A DNA stretch of 64,000 bases, taken from the NCBI GenBank assembly GCA_963804955.1, contig CAWDSQ010000016.1, positions 96,001-160,000 of the forward strand. Reading direction: 5' to 3'. Below are positions 21,773 through 32,458 of the stretch, one piece after another. The notes beneath the pieces were generated by a model. It searched no databases, was not told where the DNA came from, and saw only the letters and a list, made by a program, of their open reading frames with translations. Origin of the DNA: an uncultured delta proteobacterium. GTDB lineage: Bacteria > Desulfobacterota > WTBG01 > CAIYCZ01 > CAIRTM01. The number at the start of each line of letters is the position of its first letter. The first letter of the stretch is position 1. The translations under genes were made by a program, and so were the position numbers.

Positions 21773-22101
21773 TCAGCTCTTCAAGGTCCTGTGCGCCGAA
21801 GGTGCTGATGATATTATCAACCGTGCCGGGCACGGCTCTGAACACCTTGATGCCTGTAGGCATTGAGCATCATGACGGCCCGAGCGCCCATGCCGCCGGT
21901 GACAACGACATCGACGGCTCTGCCCTGCAGGGCGGCAATGGGATTGCAAGCTGCCATGCTCATGGTGGCTGTTGGCGTTATCGACGATTTCGAGGGCCTG
22001 CGCGTCGGTATCGTAAATCGTAAAATACGGCGCGCTGCCGAAATGGCCGTACACCTGGCGGTTTTTCCTTCGCCTGTTTCCGTGGGAATACAAATTTTCA
22101 T
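21773..22101 (-). CDS. NifB/NifX family protein; frameshifted
   Basis: MKICIPT..YGHFGSAPYF..HHEHG..CNP..VVTGGMGARA. Confidence 0.8.
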
Positions 22102-22425
22102 GCTCTGTTCCTTTCCTGGGTTTGATTATTGTTTCTTGTTTTCGGGGAAGCCCCCATGATTTTCAATGCTTTGCCATGCACCAGCGCATCGGCTACTTTA
22201 CGGCGCGCTTCATGCACGATATTGGCAAATGTCTGGCGCGAAATGCCCATGCGCCCGGCTGCATCTTCCTGATACAGACCCTTCAAGGTCAGCCAGCCGC
22301 AGGGCTTCAAATTCATCCAGGCTGAGCGCTGTTTCCTCAAGCTCGCACAGGGGCACGGCCCGCGGTTTGAAATACCTGATTGCGGGTGTGCTTTCAATAT
22401 GTCTGCATTTACAGGGTCGGGACAT
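22098..22425 (-). CDS. DUF134 (UPF0251) HTH protein; frameshifted
   Basis: [25 protein letters not shown] + [29 protein letters not shown]. Confidence 0.85.
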
Positions 22426-22440
22426 GACTCTTCATTCGAT

Positions 22441-22487
22441 TTATTAGCATATGCTAATAATATAAACCGTTACGCTCTGTTTGTCAA
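22441..22487 (-). promoter_or_regulatory. sigma70 promoter with overlapping perfect 20-bp operator
   Basis: TTGACA(22482-87)-N17-TATATT(22459-64); palindrome TTATTAGCATATGCTAATAA at 22441-22460. Confidence 0.8.
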
Positions 22488-22515
22488 GAGCAATGCGGGA
22501 AGTTCCCTTGGCGGG

Positions 22516-23117
22516 CTATTTTTTCATAACGGCCCACAGGCCGCCTTCCTGGGTCAGGTCTGCAGAGAGCGCAGTGCGCGCAATAAGGGACTGAAACTTC
22601 TGCGGGGACACTACGCGTTTGCCGAGCGCGTAATTGAGCCTTCGTGACTCTTCAGCTATTCGTTCGATCACCGAGGCCGGCGTGTGGCTGCCGAACCCTC
22701 CGCCGGCAAAGCAGACGCCGCCGGCGCCAGAACCCGGTTCATTTCCGCAAGCAGCTTTCCCTGTTCATCGAGGAAAAAGAAAACACCGCGGCAGACTATC
22801 AGATCAAGGAGGTCATCGGGCAGGGCGAGCGGAACAAGAGGGGTCGGAAATATTTCAATCGGGGTAGATCGGCGCGTTCGATCCGCCAGTCATCAAAAAA
22901 GGTGCGCGCAAGCTCGGGTATGTCAAGGGCGATCGTTAAGGTGCTGTGTCGGAAATATTTTTAACAGTTCAAGGCCGGTGCCGCCGGAAAAACAGCCGAC
23001 CTCGAGTATCCTGCGGCAGGGCTGTTGCGGGGCGCATGCTCTGCCACCTGCCGCGCAAGGCCGGGATAGACGCGGACCCCAGAGGCGGTTGATGGCGCGG
23101 ATGACGTCTGTATCCAT
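22516..23117 (-). CDS. Class I SAM-dependent methyltransferase; frameshifted
   Basis: ILEVGCFSGG; LIVCRGVFFF..EMNRVLAP..FAGGGFG in stitched frames. Confidence 0.65.
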
Positions 23118-23135
23118 ACGGCTTCTCCTCCGCTC

Positions 23136-23681
23136 TCAGTCGATCCTGATCGCTTCACCGCAATTGAGCGTCTTTTTCGGGCTGCCGTTTTCATCAAACT
23201 GCTCGTAGGAGAGCATGCGGCCCTCTTTAAAATCGGCTTTAATTTCAATCTTGCCGTTCAGGTGATAGGTAATGCCGACACCTTCGCGCACATTATTCAC
23301 GAAATTTACCTCTTCCCGGATGCCGCCCTCTTCATAATAGACTTTATACGGGCCTTCAAGCCTGCCCTGTTTGTACACCGCCTCGGTCTGTTTGATGCCC
23401 TCTTCATAATAGGCTGTAAAGCTGGCCTTCGCGGATATTGGCTACATAGAAAAATTCCGCTTTCAGGTTGCCGTTTTCATGAAAGTGGCGCGTGGGGCCG
23501 TCAGCAGTTTGTCGTCTTTGTACGTCATTTCGGCGGAGATAGTTCCGTTTGGGTAAAATGTTTTTGTTACGCCGTTCTGCTTGCCGTCATAGGTGTAGCT
23601 GAGCTCGGCCCGCAGGGTTCCGTCGGGGTAATTTTCGCGGCGTATTGCATACTTCGTTCTTCCATCAGCGTTTCCTTTCAC
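23136..23681 (-). CDS. MORN-variant repeat (YwqK-like) protein; frameshifted
   Basis: Repeated YPDGT/YPNGT/YEEGG..E..YK.G units. Confidence 0.7.
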
Positions 23682-24254
23682 GAGTATGAGTCTTCATATT
23701 CTTCCGGTGTGTCAATATCAATGCCGGCATCCGCGTCTGGCATGTCGATGCAGCGCACCATCTCCGGCGCCTGCTCGATGACGGCCCGTCCGCCTGTGTC
23801 GCCTTCCAGGGCAAGCAGGTGCTCCCGGAAACGGGCGGGGAAAACAACCGGGCTGCCGCGCCTGCCGCCATAGACCGGGATGATAATATGTCTCTTATGG
23901 GTCCTGCCAGGCATCGATAAGCAAATTAATTGCCGCGGCATCGAGTCCGGGGTTGATCGCCGGTTAAAAACATATAGGCCTGCGGTCTGCGGCAGGCTGC
24001 TGCACGCACGCCGCTTTTACCGACGCGCTCTGACCAAGGGCTGCATCGGGATTATAGACCGCCGGATGCGGTAGCGCTCCGGCAAGCTAGCGCACGGCAG
24101 GATTTTGATAGCAAGAATAATATCATCAAGCCGCGAGGCGTCGGCCGCCTGCATGACGCGCTCGACAAGGGCGATGCCGTCCACGGGCAGCAGCAGCTTG
24201 TCTGCTGCCCATGCGGCGGGAAAGGCCTGAAGCCAGTATAATACCGGTGATCAT
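23678..24254 (-). CDS. mocA: Molybdenum cofactor cytidylyltransferase (MocA/YgfJ-like); frameshifted
   Basis: MITGIILASGLSRRMG..LLLP; GRRGSPVVF..LEGDTGGR..DIDTPEEY. Confidence 0.8.
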
Positions 24255-24259
24255 TGGTG

Positions 24260-24440
24260 CAAGATTTCTCCCTGCGATCGCAATGACAACGTTTTACGTG
24301 CGCCCAATATGATCGAGACTTACTACGTGAAGAAACATCCTTCTTGCATTGAGGGGAGAAGCCAGGATGAGGGGTTTGAAAACTTAGCAAAACATGCCCC
24401 CTCACCTCAATGCCTCTGCCCCTGCAGGGGGCGAGGAAGT
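24260..24440. repeat. Degenerate REP-like palindromic fragments
   Basis: AGATTTCTCCCTGCGATCGCAATGAC resembles 52412-52438; GATGAGGGG..CCCCTCACC arms. Confidence 0.4.
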
Positions 24441-24468
24441 GATTTACTTAATTCAAAAGCTGCCAGCT

Positions 24469-25229
24469 TTAAACCTGCCCCGACAAAACGCATATAGCTG
24501 CCCTGCTGCAACGAAGCGCGATGCAACCGACGGTTGTCTGTTGCGGGCAAGCTCCCGGGCGATCAGCTCGGCCTGCAGTCTGCAGTTCTGCGGTATCAGC
24601 TTTGTTGAGCAGAACAATTTTCCGGCTTGCTGCAGGGGCGCTTTTAAAAAGACCGTTTTCAGCCATAATAAGCCGAATAATGCTTTCCCGGTCAATCATC
24701 TCGCCGGGCTTTCTGCCGGTGCAGGCGCAGAAAAGTCCGCAGCGGTGAATGTTTTCTTCTGAAACGGCTTTCCCGAGACAGTCAAGACCGATAACGCCAA
24801 TGACCGCGGTCGTTGATTTCGGAATGACCGGCTCATAGTCGGCCGGAGCTTTGATAGGCTTGCGCTTTGCGCCGTCGGCTTCGACCAGGATGCAATCAAA
24901 CCAGCCGCTGGCGTACAGCTCGTCGATAAAGGCCGGCTCAACGCTCTTGCACCTTGCAGATTTCGCCGTGCACCAGGCCGCCTCCCAGGCACACAATCGT
25001 ACCGGGCGTGACATGCGGCAAACACCGCCGGATCCGTGCAGCCTTCAAGCATAGCAATATCGCACTGCCCCGGCTCGGGCACGCCGATATTGGTCGTGGT
25101 GGTGACCAGCACCTTTTTCCCGAGCGCTTTGAGTTCATGGGCGAGCAGGAACATGGCCGTGGTCTTGCCTCCGCCGCCGACAAAGGCAATGACTGCGGGC
25201 TTATGCAGGCGATAGATCCAGAGCCTCAT
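24469..25229 (-). CDS. yqeC: Selenium-dependent hydroxylase accessory protein YqeC; frameshifted
   Basis: FVGGGGKTT..VLVTTTT; ILVEADGAKRKPIKAP..EPVIP. Confidence 0.85.
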
Positions 25230-25235
25230 GCAGCA

Positions 25236-26047
25236 TCACGCAAACCTCAGGTGCGCGGGTTGCAGCCATGCTGCGCCTGCTGTGGCCTCAGCGCCGGCGG
25301 AACTGCGCACCTGAATGATTTCGGCAAGAATCGAAATGGCGATTTCCGCCGGCGTATTTGCGCCGATCTTTATGCCCACGGGCGAATGAATCTGCGCAAT
25401 GATCTCCTCTGCTACGCCATTGTCCCGCAGCTGCTGAAGCACCTTGGCGACTTTTGCCTTGCTGCCGATCATGCCCAGATAGCGGTTTTTTTATCAGGCA
25501 CTTTTCAAGCACTTCGAAGTCATGGACATGCTTATGGGTAAGAATGACGACGTAGGTCCTTTCATTGAAAGCAACCTTGTCAATGGCCGTTGCATACTCC
25601 TCGGCAATGACCGTATCAGCCCAGGGCAGGCGATCGGCATTGGCAAACTCAGGCCGGCTGTCAACAACCGTCACATTGAACTCAAGCATTTTGCCTATCT
25701 GGGCAAGGCAGGCGCCGATATGGCCGGCGCCGAAGATGACCAGCTGCGGGGCCGGCACCAGGGGCTCGATAAAAACGCTCATGCCGCCGCCGCAGGTCAT
25801 GCCGATGTCCTTCAGGTCATGGGTAGATCAGGCGCGCTGTGCCGCCGCCATGAGCTTCATCGCTTCATCGATTATTATCTTCTCAATAGCTCCGCCGCCG
25901 ACAGTGCCGGCTATCGTAGCCGTCAGCCCGCACGAGCATGCGGGCACCTTCCTCGCGGGGGGCAGAGCCTCGCGATTCAATGACGGTGGCAAGCACCACG
26001 GGCTGATTGCTTTTTCTGGCCGCAACGATTTCTTCAAAAATATCCAT
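25236..26047 (-). CDS. xdhC: XdhC/CoxF-family Moco chaperone; frameshifted
   Basis: GSAPRE.GARM, GTVGGGAIE, MTCGGG, IFGAGHIG, MIGSKAK, PVG..IGANTPAEIAISILAE. Confidence 0.88.
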
Positions 26048-26260
26048 GATGATTCTCCTGTAAATCTGTTTGTTGCAGGGCATAACCTGTTTTGCCCCAT
26101 GCAAGCACTTAACTTTAGCACAGTAGAAGCCAGAATCTCAGGAGCCATGCAATCCAGGAATAAAAATTTTGACTTTCTATGTCACGATACTCACTTGTTA
26201 GCGATGCACAATTGTGTGTTCATCTTCATGGCGGCATGAAGCCTGTTCTGGAATCTGCCC

Positions 26261-26709
26261 CTACTTCTTCTCATAATCCTCAATCGCCATCTGCAGGGCC
26301 CTGATGCCCGCCAAGGGGGCAGCCGGTCTGCAGCTCAATGCCGCCCTCAAAAGCTTTTTCTATATCAGCATTGCTGAGCAGCTTTGCCTCGGCAACGGTT
26401 TTCCCGAGGGCAAGCTCCGTGAGCATGCTGTTCACCGCAATGGTTGATGGCGCAGCCGTTTGATTTAAAGCGGATATCAAAAACGCGGCCGTCTTCAATC
26501 ATAATCCACAGCTCGATTTTATCGCCGCAGGCAGGATCATCAAGCAGGGCATACCCATCGGCAAGCCCGTCGCTCATCTCGCCGAAATTGCGGGGCTGCA
26601 CAGCATGCTCGCGCACCAGCGCCGGGCAGTCTTCACCCGGATCGTCTAATTTCGGAGCGCCTTCTGCGCCTCCCCAGGCGCATGAATCTTCATAAAACGG
26701 ATCATCCAT
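26261..26709 (-). CDS. Divergent IscU/NifU-like protein; frameshifted
   Basis: EHAVQPRNFG, DPACGD, FKSNGCA, LALGKTV.EA, TGCPL..ALQMAIEDYEKK. Confidence 0.75.
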
Positions 26710-27955
26710 TTGAAAATTCCTTTCAAATATTTTTTACGCAGCTCTATAAACTGCTCAAGTGTTTTCAGATTATGGCAGGGCAGAAAATGATCTACATACG
26801 GCATGGCTGTTGACATGCCCAGGCACAAAGGCTCATACCGGTCATATTTCAGGTTCGGATTAAGCCAGATAATTTTGCGGAATCCGCGCTTGAAAAGAAC
26901 CATCTGTTTTTTTAGCAGATCCGCATCGCCCTTGTCCCAGCCATCGCTCAAAACGACCAGTATGCGGTTGCGCTTGCGGAGCTTGCCGCCGTACAGTTTA
27001 TTGAATTCTGCAAAGCAGCCGCCGATATCCGTGCCGCCCGACCAGAACTGCACTTTTTTCGACAGAATCGTCATGGCCGATTCAAGCGTACGGTTGCTGA
27101 GTATATCGCTGATGCACATGAGCTGTGTGCCGAAGACAAATGTTTCAGTATCGCGCAAATATTTCTGCAGGCTGTAGATGAATTTTATGAGAAAGCGGCT
27201 GTAGATATCCATGGAGCCGCTCACGTCGGCAAGCAGCACGAGCTTTGACTCCCGGGGCTTGCGCTGTTTGGTCAGTATCTGCATAATTTCGCCGCCCCGC
27301 TGCGTCGACTGGCGGATCGAGCGGCGCAGATCGATCATTTTGCCCTTATTGCTGGGTTTGAACCGGCGGCCGAGCTTTTCTTTCACCTTAATCCTGAAGT
27401 TGCGAAAAATTTCATCAAACAGGGCAATCTCATAGGGCGCGATCAGCTCAAAATCCTTCTCCCGCAGGGACTGGCCGAGCGAATAGGTCGGAACATTAAC
27501 CTCATCATACTGGTTGCAGAGCTTTTTAGAATCTTTTTTCGGATTTCCCTCTTCATCCTCGGGAGATTTGCTCTGTCTTATTGACGGATGAGTCCTTATC
27601 ATCGGGCTCTTCATTGCTGCCGCCCTGGCTCTTGGGAATAGTGACCCCGGTGCGCCAGAACTGCAGAAACAGGATATCAAAAGCCGCCCGGTATTTCTGG
27701 CTCATGATCATATTGGTCCGCAGAGCCAGATAGAACTCAAAGCGGCTGTTGATATCGATATGGGCAAGGGCTGCAGATGGCATCCCGCTCATTTGAGGTA
27801 TGCACGGGGATTTTATTTACGCGCAGCAGCTTGGCAAACCGGATAATGCGCTGGATAAGGGACGCCGTGCGCTGCTCAAGGGTTACGCTGTCCTGCTTCT
27901 TTTTCTGCTCTTCGAGCTTTTTCTGCGCTTCAACCGGGACAAGAAGAACTTTCAT
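26706..27955 (-). CDS. coxE: CoxE-like VWA-domain protein; frameshifted, 3' end approximate
   Basis: IDLRRSIR, LADVSGSM (MIDAS), FVFGT, WSGGTDIG, LSDGWD, IWLNP. Confidence 0.85.
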
Positions 27956-28836
27956 TCGATCTTAGCCTCTGCATGCACCAGCACCGTGGTTGACAAGTCC
28001 TTGAATTTTTTCACATCTTCCTTGAATTTGAACAGGCAGCCCGCGGTCATATCCATGGTGGTCTCATCTATCTCGTCTTTATCAAGAATGGTGAGCGCCT
28101 GCGACCAGTCAAGCGTTTCAGCAACGCCGGGCCGCTTGTAAAATTCCTGATCCCTGAGCGATGCCATGATGCGGGAGATTTTTTTGGCAAGGGTTGCTTC
28201 GATATTGGGCACCTTTGCGAGTATTATTTCCATCTCGCGCTCGGGCGTCGGGTAGTCGATAAAATGGTACAGGCAGCGCCGCTTGAGCGCGTCGTGCAGC
28301 TCCCGGACGCGGTTTGAGGTAATGATAACCAGCGGCTTGTGCTTGGCCTTCACCGTGCCCATTTCAGGAATGGTGACCTGGAAATCAGAGAGTATCTCAA
28401 GCAGAAAAGCCTCGAATTCCTCATCTGCCCGGTCGACCTCGTCAATGAGCAGAACTGCCTTATCCTGACCCCGCACGGCCTGGAGAAGGGGCCTGGGGAT
28501 GAGAAACTCCTCGGTAAAAACATTTTCAACATGCCCGGCAGCGCCTGCGCTGTCAAGGGCTTTAATTTTTAAAAGCTGCTTGGCATAGTTCCACTCATAA
28601 ATCGCTGAAGTTGCATCAAGGCCTTCATAGCACTGCAGGCGAATAAGCTTTCTGCCCAGAACATTTGCCAGCACTTTGGCAACCTCTGTTTTCCCCACGC
28701 CCGGCTCGCCTTCCAGCAGCAGCGGCTTTTCCATTTGCATCGACAGATACAGCGTAAATGCAAGGGGATCATCGCAGATATAATTCTCCTTTTTCATGGA
28801 TTCCTTGATTTTGTCAACCGAGTCGAGCTTTTTCAT
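27952..28836 (-). CDS. coxD: MoxR-family AAA+ ATPase (CoxD-like)
   Basis: LLEGEPGVGKTE, RLQCYEGLD, YEWNY, LLIDEVDRADEEFE, ELHDALKRRC. Confidence 0.9.
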   Translation of the reverse strand: MKKLDSVDKIKESMKKENYICDDPLAFTLYLSMQMEKPLLLEGEPGVGKTEVAKVLANVLGRKLIRLQCYEGLDATSAIYEWNYAKQLLKIKALDSAGAAGHVENVFTEEFLIPRPLLQAVRGQDKAVLLIDEVDRADEEFEAFLLEILSDFQVTIPEMGTVKAKHKPLVIITSNRVRELHDALKRRCLYHFIDYPTPEREMEIILAKVPNIEATLAKKISRIMASLRDQEFYKRPGVAETLDWSQALTILDKDEIDETTMDMTAGCLFKFKEDVKKFKDLSTTVLVHAEAKIE

Positions 28837-28959
28837 GGCAGCCTCATAATTATCTTGAAGTATATAACCTTTATCAGTAAAAGAAAAGGAACCTGGCAAT
28901 AGGGAAAGGAGGGTAACAGATCAGGAAACACTTCCAGAACCTACTGCCAGGCTTTTTAT

Positions 28960-29776
28960 TTAAGCTGTTTGATTGTTCCAGTATAAAATCGCTTCGAGCA
29001 CCGAACCGCCTAGAGCGCGGGCCTTGTCGGAAATCGTGTAGCAGTGCTCGCGGACCGGTCGCGGATCGACATCGCCGATCTTGAGCCCCTTGCGGCACCT
29101 CGCGGCCGTTCATGATAAGGCCCCGCACCACGCCGTCAAACTGGGCACGCACGGGCTTGTCCTCAACATAGCAAATTATGTCGTCCTTTTTTACCGGGCG
29201 CCGATATCAAGCACATGCCTGACCGCTGCCTGCGCAGGGCGAGCGCAGCACCCGCTCGGCAGCATAGCCCATCACCGGATCGGGCGTGCCCGTGTCGGGC
29301 TCTGCCGCAGCCCTTGAAAAACAGCCGGCCCAGATCATGGCCGCGGCATTGTCTCAATGACCACATGCACCTGTTTGCCCGCTTCAAAGCCCGGACCCAG
29401 GGCAATTGTAAGCGGCGCCATGTCCATGCGCATGCCCGTATCGCGCTTGGCAAGGGTGGCATCAACGACGACATCTGCCTTATAGTCTTTCAGAACAGCA
29501 GCCGCAGGATCGACCAGCACCGGGATTTGACCCGCTGCCAGGCTCTCTTGAATTTCATGATATTGAGTGCGCATTTCGTGCGCGGTACATCTCTTCAACC
29601 AGCAGTTTCCCCGTCGATAACCGCCTGGGCAAAAGACACGGTCCGCCGCACGACCAGCGGCTGGCAACTTCAAGCAGCAGCACCTTAAACCCGCTGCGGA
29701 ACAGACGGTGCGCAACACCGGTGGCCAGATCGCCACCGCCGCGAATAATGACGCACATGTCTTTAATCTCTTTCAT
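28960..29776 (-). CDS. yqeB: Selenium-dependent molybdenum hydroxylase system protein YqeB (EF2563 family); frameshifted
   Basis: IIRGGGDLATGVAHRL, VVDATLAK, IALGPGF, IETM.GHDLG, KIGDVDPR, ISDKARALGGSVLEA. Confidence 0.88.
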
Positions 29777-29777
29777 A

Positions 29778-29956
29778 AAAAGCCTTTATGATGAGGCTTT
29801 TAGAGCACCTTTGCCGAAGTGCATTCCAAGACCTCCGGCAAAAGCGCTTAAAGGGTATTTGAGGAAACGAACCGAACGAAGTCGTTCGGGTTCGATGAAC
29901 AGCCTGAGCGGTCAAACTGTTCGGTCATGGCAGGACGCTTCTATCTGCCATCACCG
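29778..29956. other. Run of five adjacent hairpins in the yqeB leader (candidate structured RNA or MITE-like element)
   Basis: Stems at about 29778-801, 29800-851, 29869-893, 29897-922, 29922-956. Confidence 0.45.
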
Positions 29957-30010
29957 GAAAGCTGGACAGTGTCTGAACCAACAAGGCGGATTAACATCCC
30001 GAAACTTAAT

Positions 30011-30044
30011 AAAAGCAGGCGCCCCTTTCGGGGCGCCTGCTTTT
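30011..30044 (-). terminator. Rho-independent terminator after the XDH-family large subunit
   Basis: AAAAGCAGGCGCCCC-TTTC-GGGGCGCCTGCTTTT. Confidence 0.9.
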
Positions 30045-30055
30045 GTACAGCACTT

Positions 30056-32443
30056 TTACTTAATACCCTGTTCCTTGATAGCCTTCAGCACCTTCTCAGC
30101 GGTGATGGGGGCTTCGTTAAACTGGATGCCGATGGCGTCGTAAATTGCATTTGCAACCGAGCCGATCGGACCCATGAGTGCCGATTCACCGCAGCTCTTT
30201 GCTCCCATCGGGCCGATGGGATCAGGAGCGCTTTCAACCAGAATGATTGTAGCATCGGGCATATCAGACGGTCCGAGCATCTTGTAGTCGGTAAAGTCAG
30301 TGTTCAGCACGCGGCCCTGCTTGTCATAGGCGTACTCTTCCGTGAGCACAAACCCGAGACCCTGGTGCGCGCCGCCTTCCAGCTGACCTTCGACTGAAGG
30401 CGGATGGATGGCTTTGCCGATATCGTGAGCATTCACCAGCTTAAGCACTTTCACCTCGCCGGTCTCGGTGTCCACTTCGACTTCGGAGATGCAGGCGCCG
30501 AAGGGCGGTGAGCAGTGCTTGGCAAAGTAGCTTGAATAGCCCTGGATCTGGCCCGGGATACCAATGGTCTTGCCGGTGGCTGCATCAATGTAGTTATAGA
30601 CGCCTTCCTTGGCGATCTTCACGGCGCTGATCGACTTCTGGGGATTGCCCTTAACGCTTATGATCTTGTCTTTCATTTCAAGATCTTTCACATTGGCTTC
30701 CAGAAGCTGGGCAGCCCGCTCAAGCAGCTGCTTCTTGACGCTTTCGCAGGCTTCGATGGTGGCAGGTCCTGCGCAGTATACGGTACGGCTTGCATGAGCG
30801 CCGATGTCAAAACCGCACATATCGGAGTCGCCGGACCGCAGATGGATATCCTCCATCGGGAAACCCAGCGTTTCAGCCGCCATCTGCGTTATGGCGGTAT
30901 GGCCGCCGGTGCCGAGATCGGATATCTGCTGAATCAGCTCGACCGTGCAGTCTTCATTGAGCTTGGCCGTGCAGACGGAATGCTCAAGCAGCATGGGAAA
31001 AGCGCCTGAGGTGTGCTGCATGACGGCAACGCCCAGACCGCGGCGCTTGATGCCGGTCTGCTTGGCATACTTTTTCTTCTTTTCATACCAGCCGATCTCT
31101 TTGGCTGCAAGATCGATGCAGTCATTGAGACCGTCGGAGGCGTAGGTCACGCCCTTCAGCCATGTCTCATCGCCGATACGACTTGTGCCACTTCTTGCGC
31201 CACTCGAGCTCGTCCAGACCGAGCTCCTTGCACATCCGCGTGATCATCTGCTCGCCGGCAGAAGGTCAGCTGCGGGTTGCCGTAGCCGCGGTAGGCGCCG
31301 GTGGGCACTTCATTGGTGAAGTAGCCTTCGGTCTGGCAGCCCATGGCCTGCCATTTGTACATGCCGTGAAGAAAAGCGGCGCGCAGAATGGCGGCCCGGA
31401 GCCATGGGTATAGTAGCCGCCTTTGCGGGCCATGATACATGGCATCGAGTGCGACGGGGGTGCCGTCTTTTTTGAAGCCGCATCTTGAACCAGCAATGGC
31501 CGGGATAGCGGGTTTCAGAGGCTACCCAGTCTTCCTCGCGCAGGAACTCCATGCGCACGGGGTGGCCGGGCACTGCCATGGCCATGGCGCAGGCATGGGG
31601 CTCGCCGATCATGCCCAGGCGAACGCCGAAACCGCCGCCCACAATGGTCTGCACCAGGCGAACGCGGGTCAGGGGCAGCTCGAACAGCTCGGCAATCAGC
31701 ACCTGCACGGGCTTGGGCATCTGGGTTGATGTCCAGATGTTCAGGCGGCCGCGCTCATCATAATGGGCCACATAGGAGTGGTTTTCCATCTGGCACTGCT
31801 TCTGCTTGGGAACATAAAAGCGTGTCTTCGATTACATAATCGCACTTGTCAAACAGCTGGACCGCGCGTTTTGCCGTTCTTGTCGTTCCAGCCATAGCGC
31901 TTGCCCGGGAAGAACGATTCGGGCAGATCAAAAGCCATGTTGCCGGGCTTGAGCGGGCGTGAACAGATAGCCGTTCTTCTTGTCGCCTTCGGCCTTTGAT
32001 GCCTCGCAGGTCATAAAAACGGGCAGGGGCTCATAGGTGACCTTGATCTTGTCTGCTGCGCGCTCGGCTGCTTCTTCGGTTCTTGCGATAACGCCGCAAA
32101 TGGCATCGCCCTGATGCTTGACGACCTTGTTGAAGATGTTCAGGTCGGCGATTTCGCCGAATACTTCGCCGAAAATTTCAGGCACGAGCAGCTTCATAAC
32201 CGTCGTGTTGTAGGGTTTTTTCGTGACATCATCGGGGCCGATGATTTTTACGACGCCGGGCACCTTCAATGCTTCGGTAAAATCAAGCTTTTTGACTTTA
32301 GCGTGAGCATATTCCCAGCAGCGCACGACTTTGCCGTAGTACATGCCGGGCATGCGCATGTCGCCGGCATAGATGGACTGACCGGTTACCTTCTCACGGG
32401 AGTCAACTTTGGGGATTCGTTTTCCAATAACGGATTCTGCCAT
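30056..32443 (-). CDS. Xanthine-dehydrogenase-family molybdopterin-binding large subunit; split by several frameshifts
   Basis: VIGKRIPKVD..KVTG, QMENH, GGGFG, GAYRGYGNPQ, DLGTG, HASRT, GQLEGG, AKSCGE. Confidence 0.9.
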
Positions 32444-32458
32444 GCTGTTCCTCCTTTC

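Noticed and set aside
3814..22101. Nitrogen fixation cluster (NifS, NifU, NifB/NifX hits)
   Set aside because: No nifH/D/K/E/N; the content matches ORP-type and generic Fe-S genes
23136..23681. YwqK antitoxin of a toxin-antitoxin pair
   Set aside because: Only generic MORN-variant repeats; no toxin neighbour
26117..26133. sigma54 promoter upstream of xdhC (CTGGCTTCTACTGTGCT)
   Set aside because: GG-N10-GC spacing is right but the match is otherwise weak; not supportable alone
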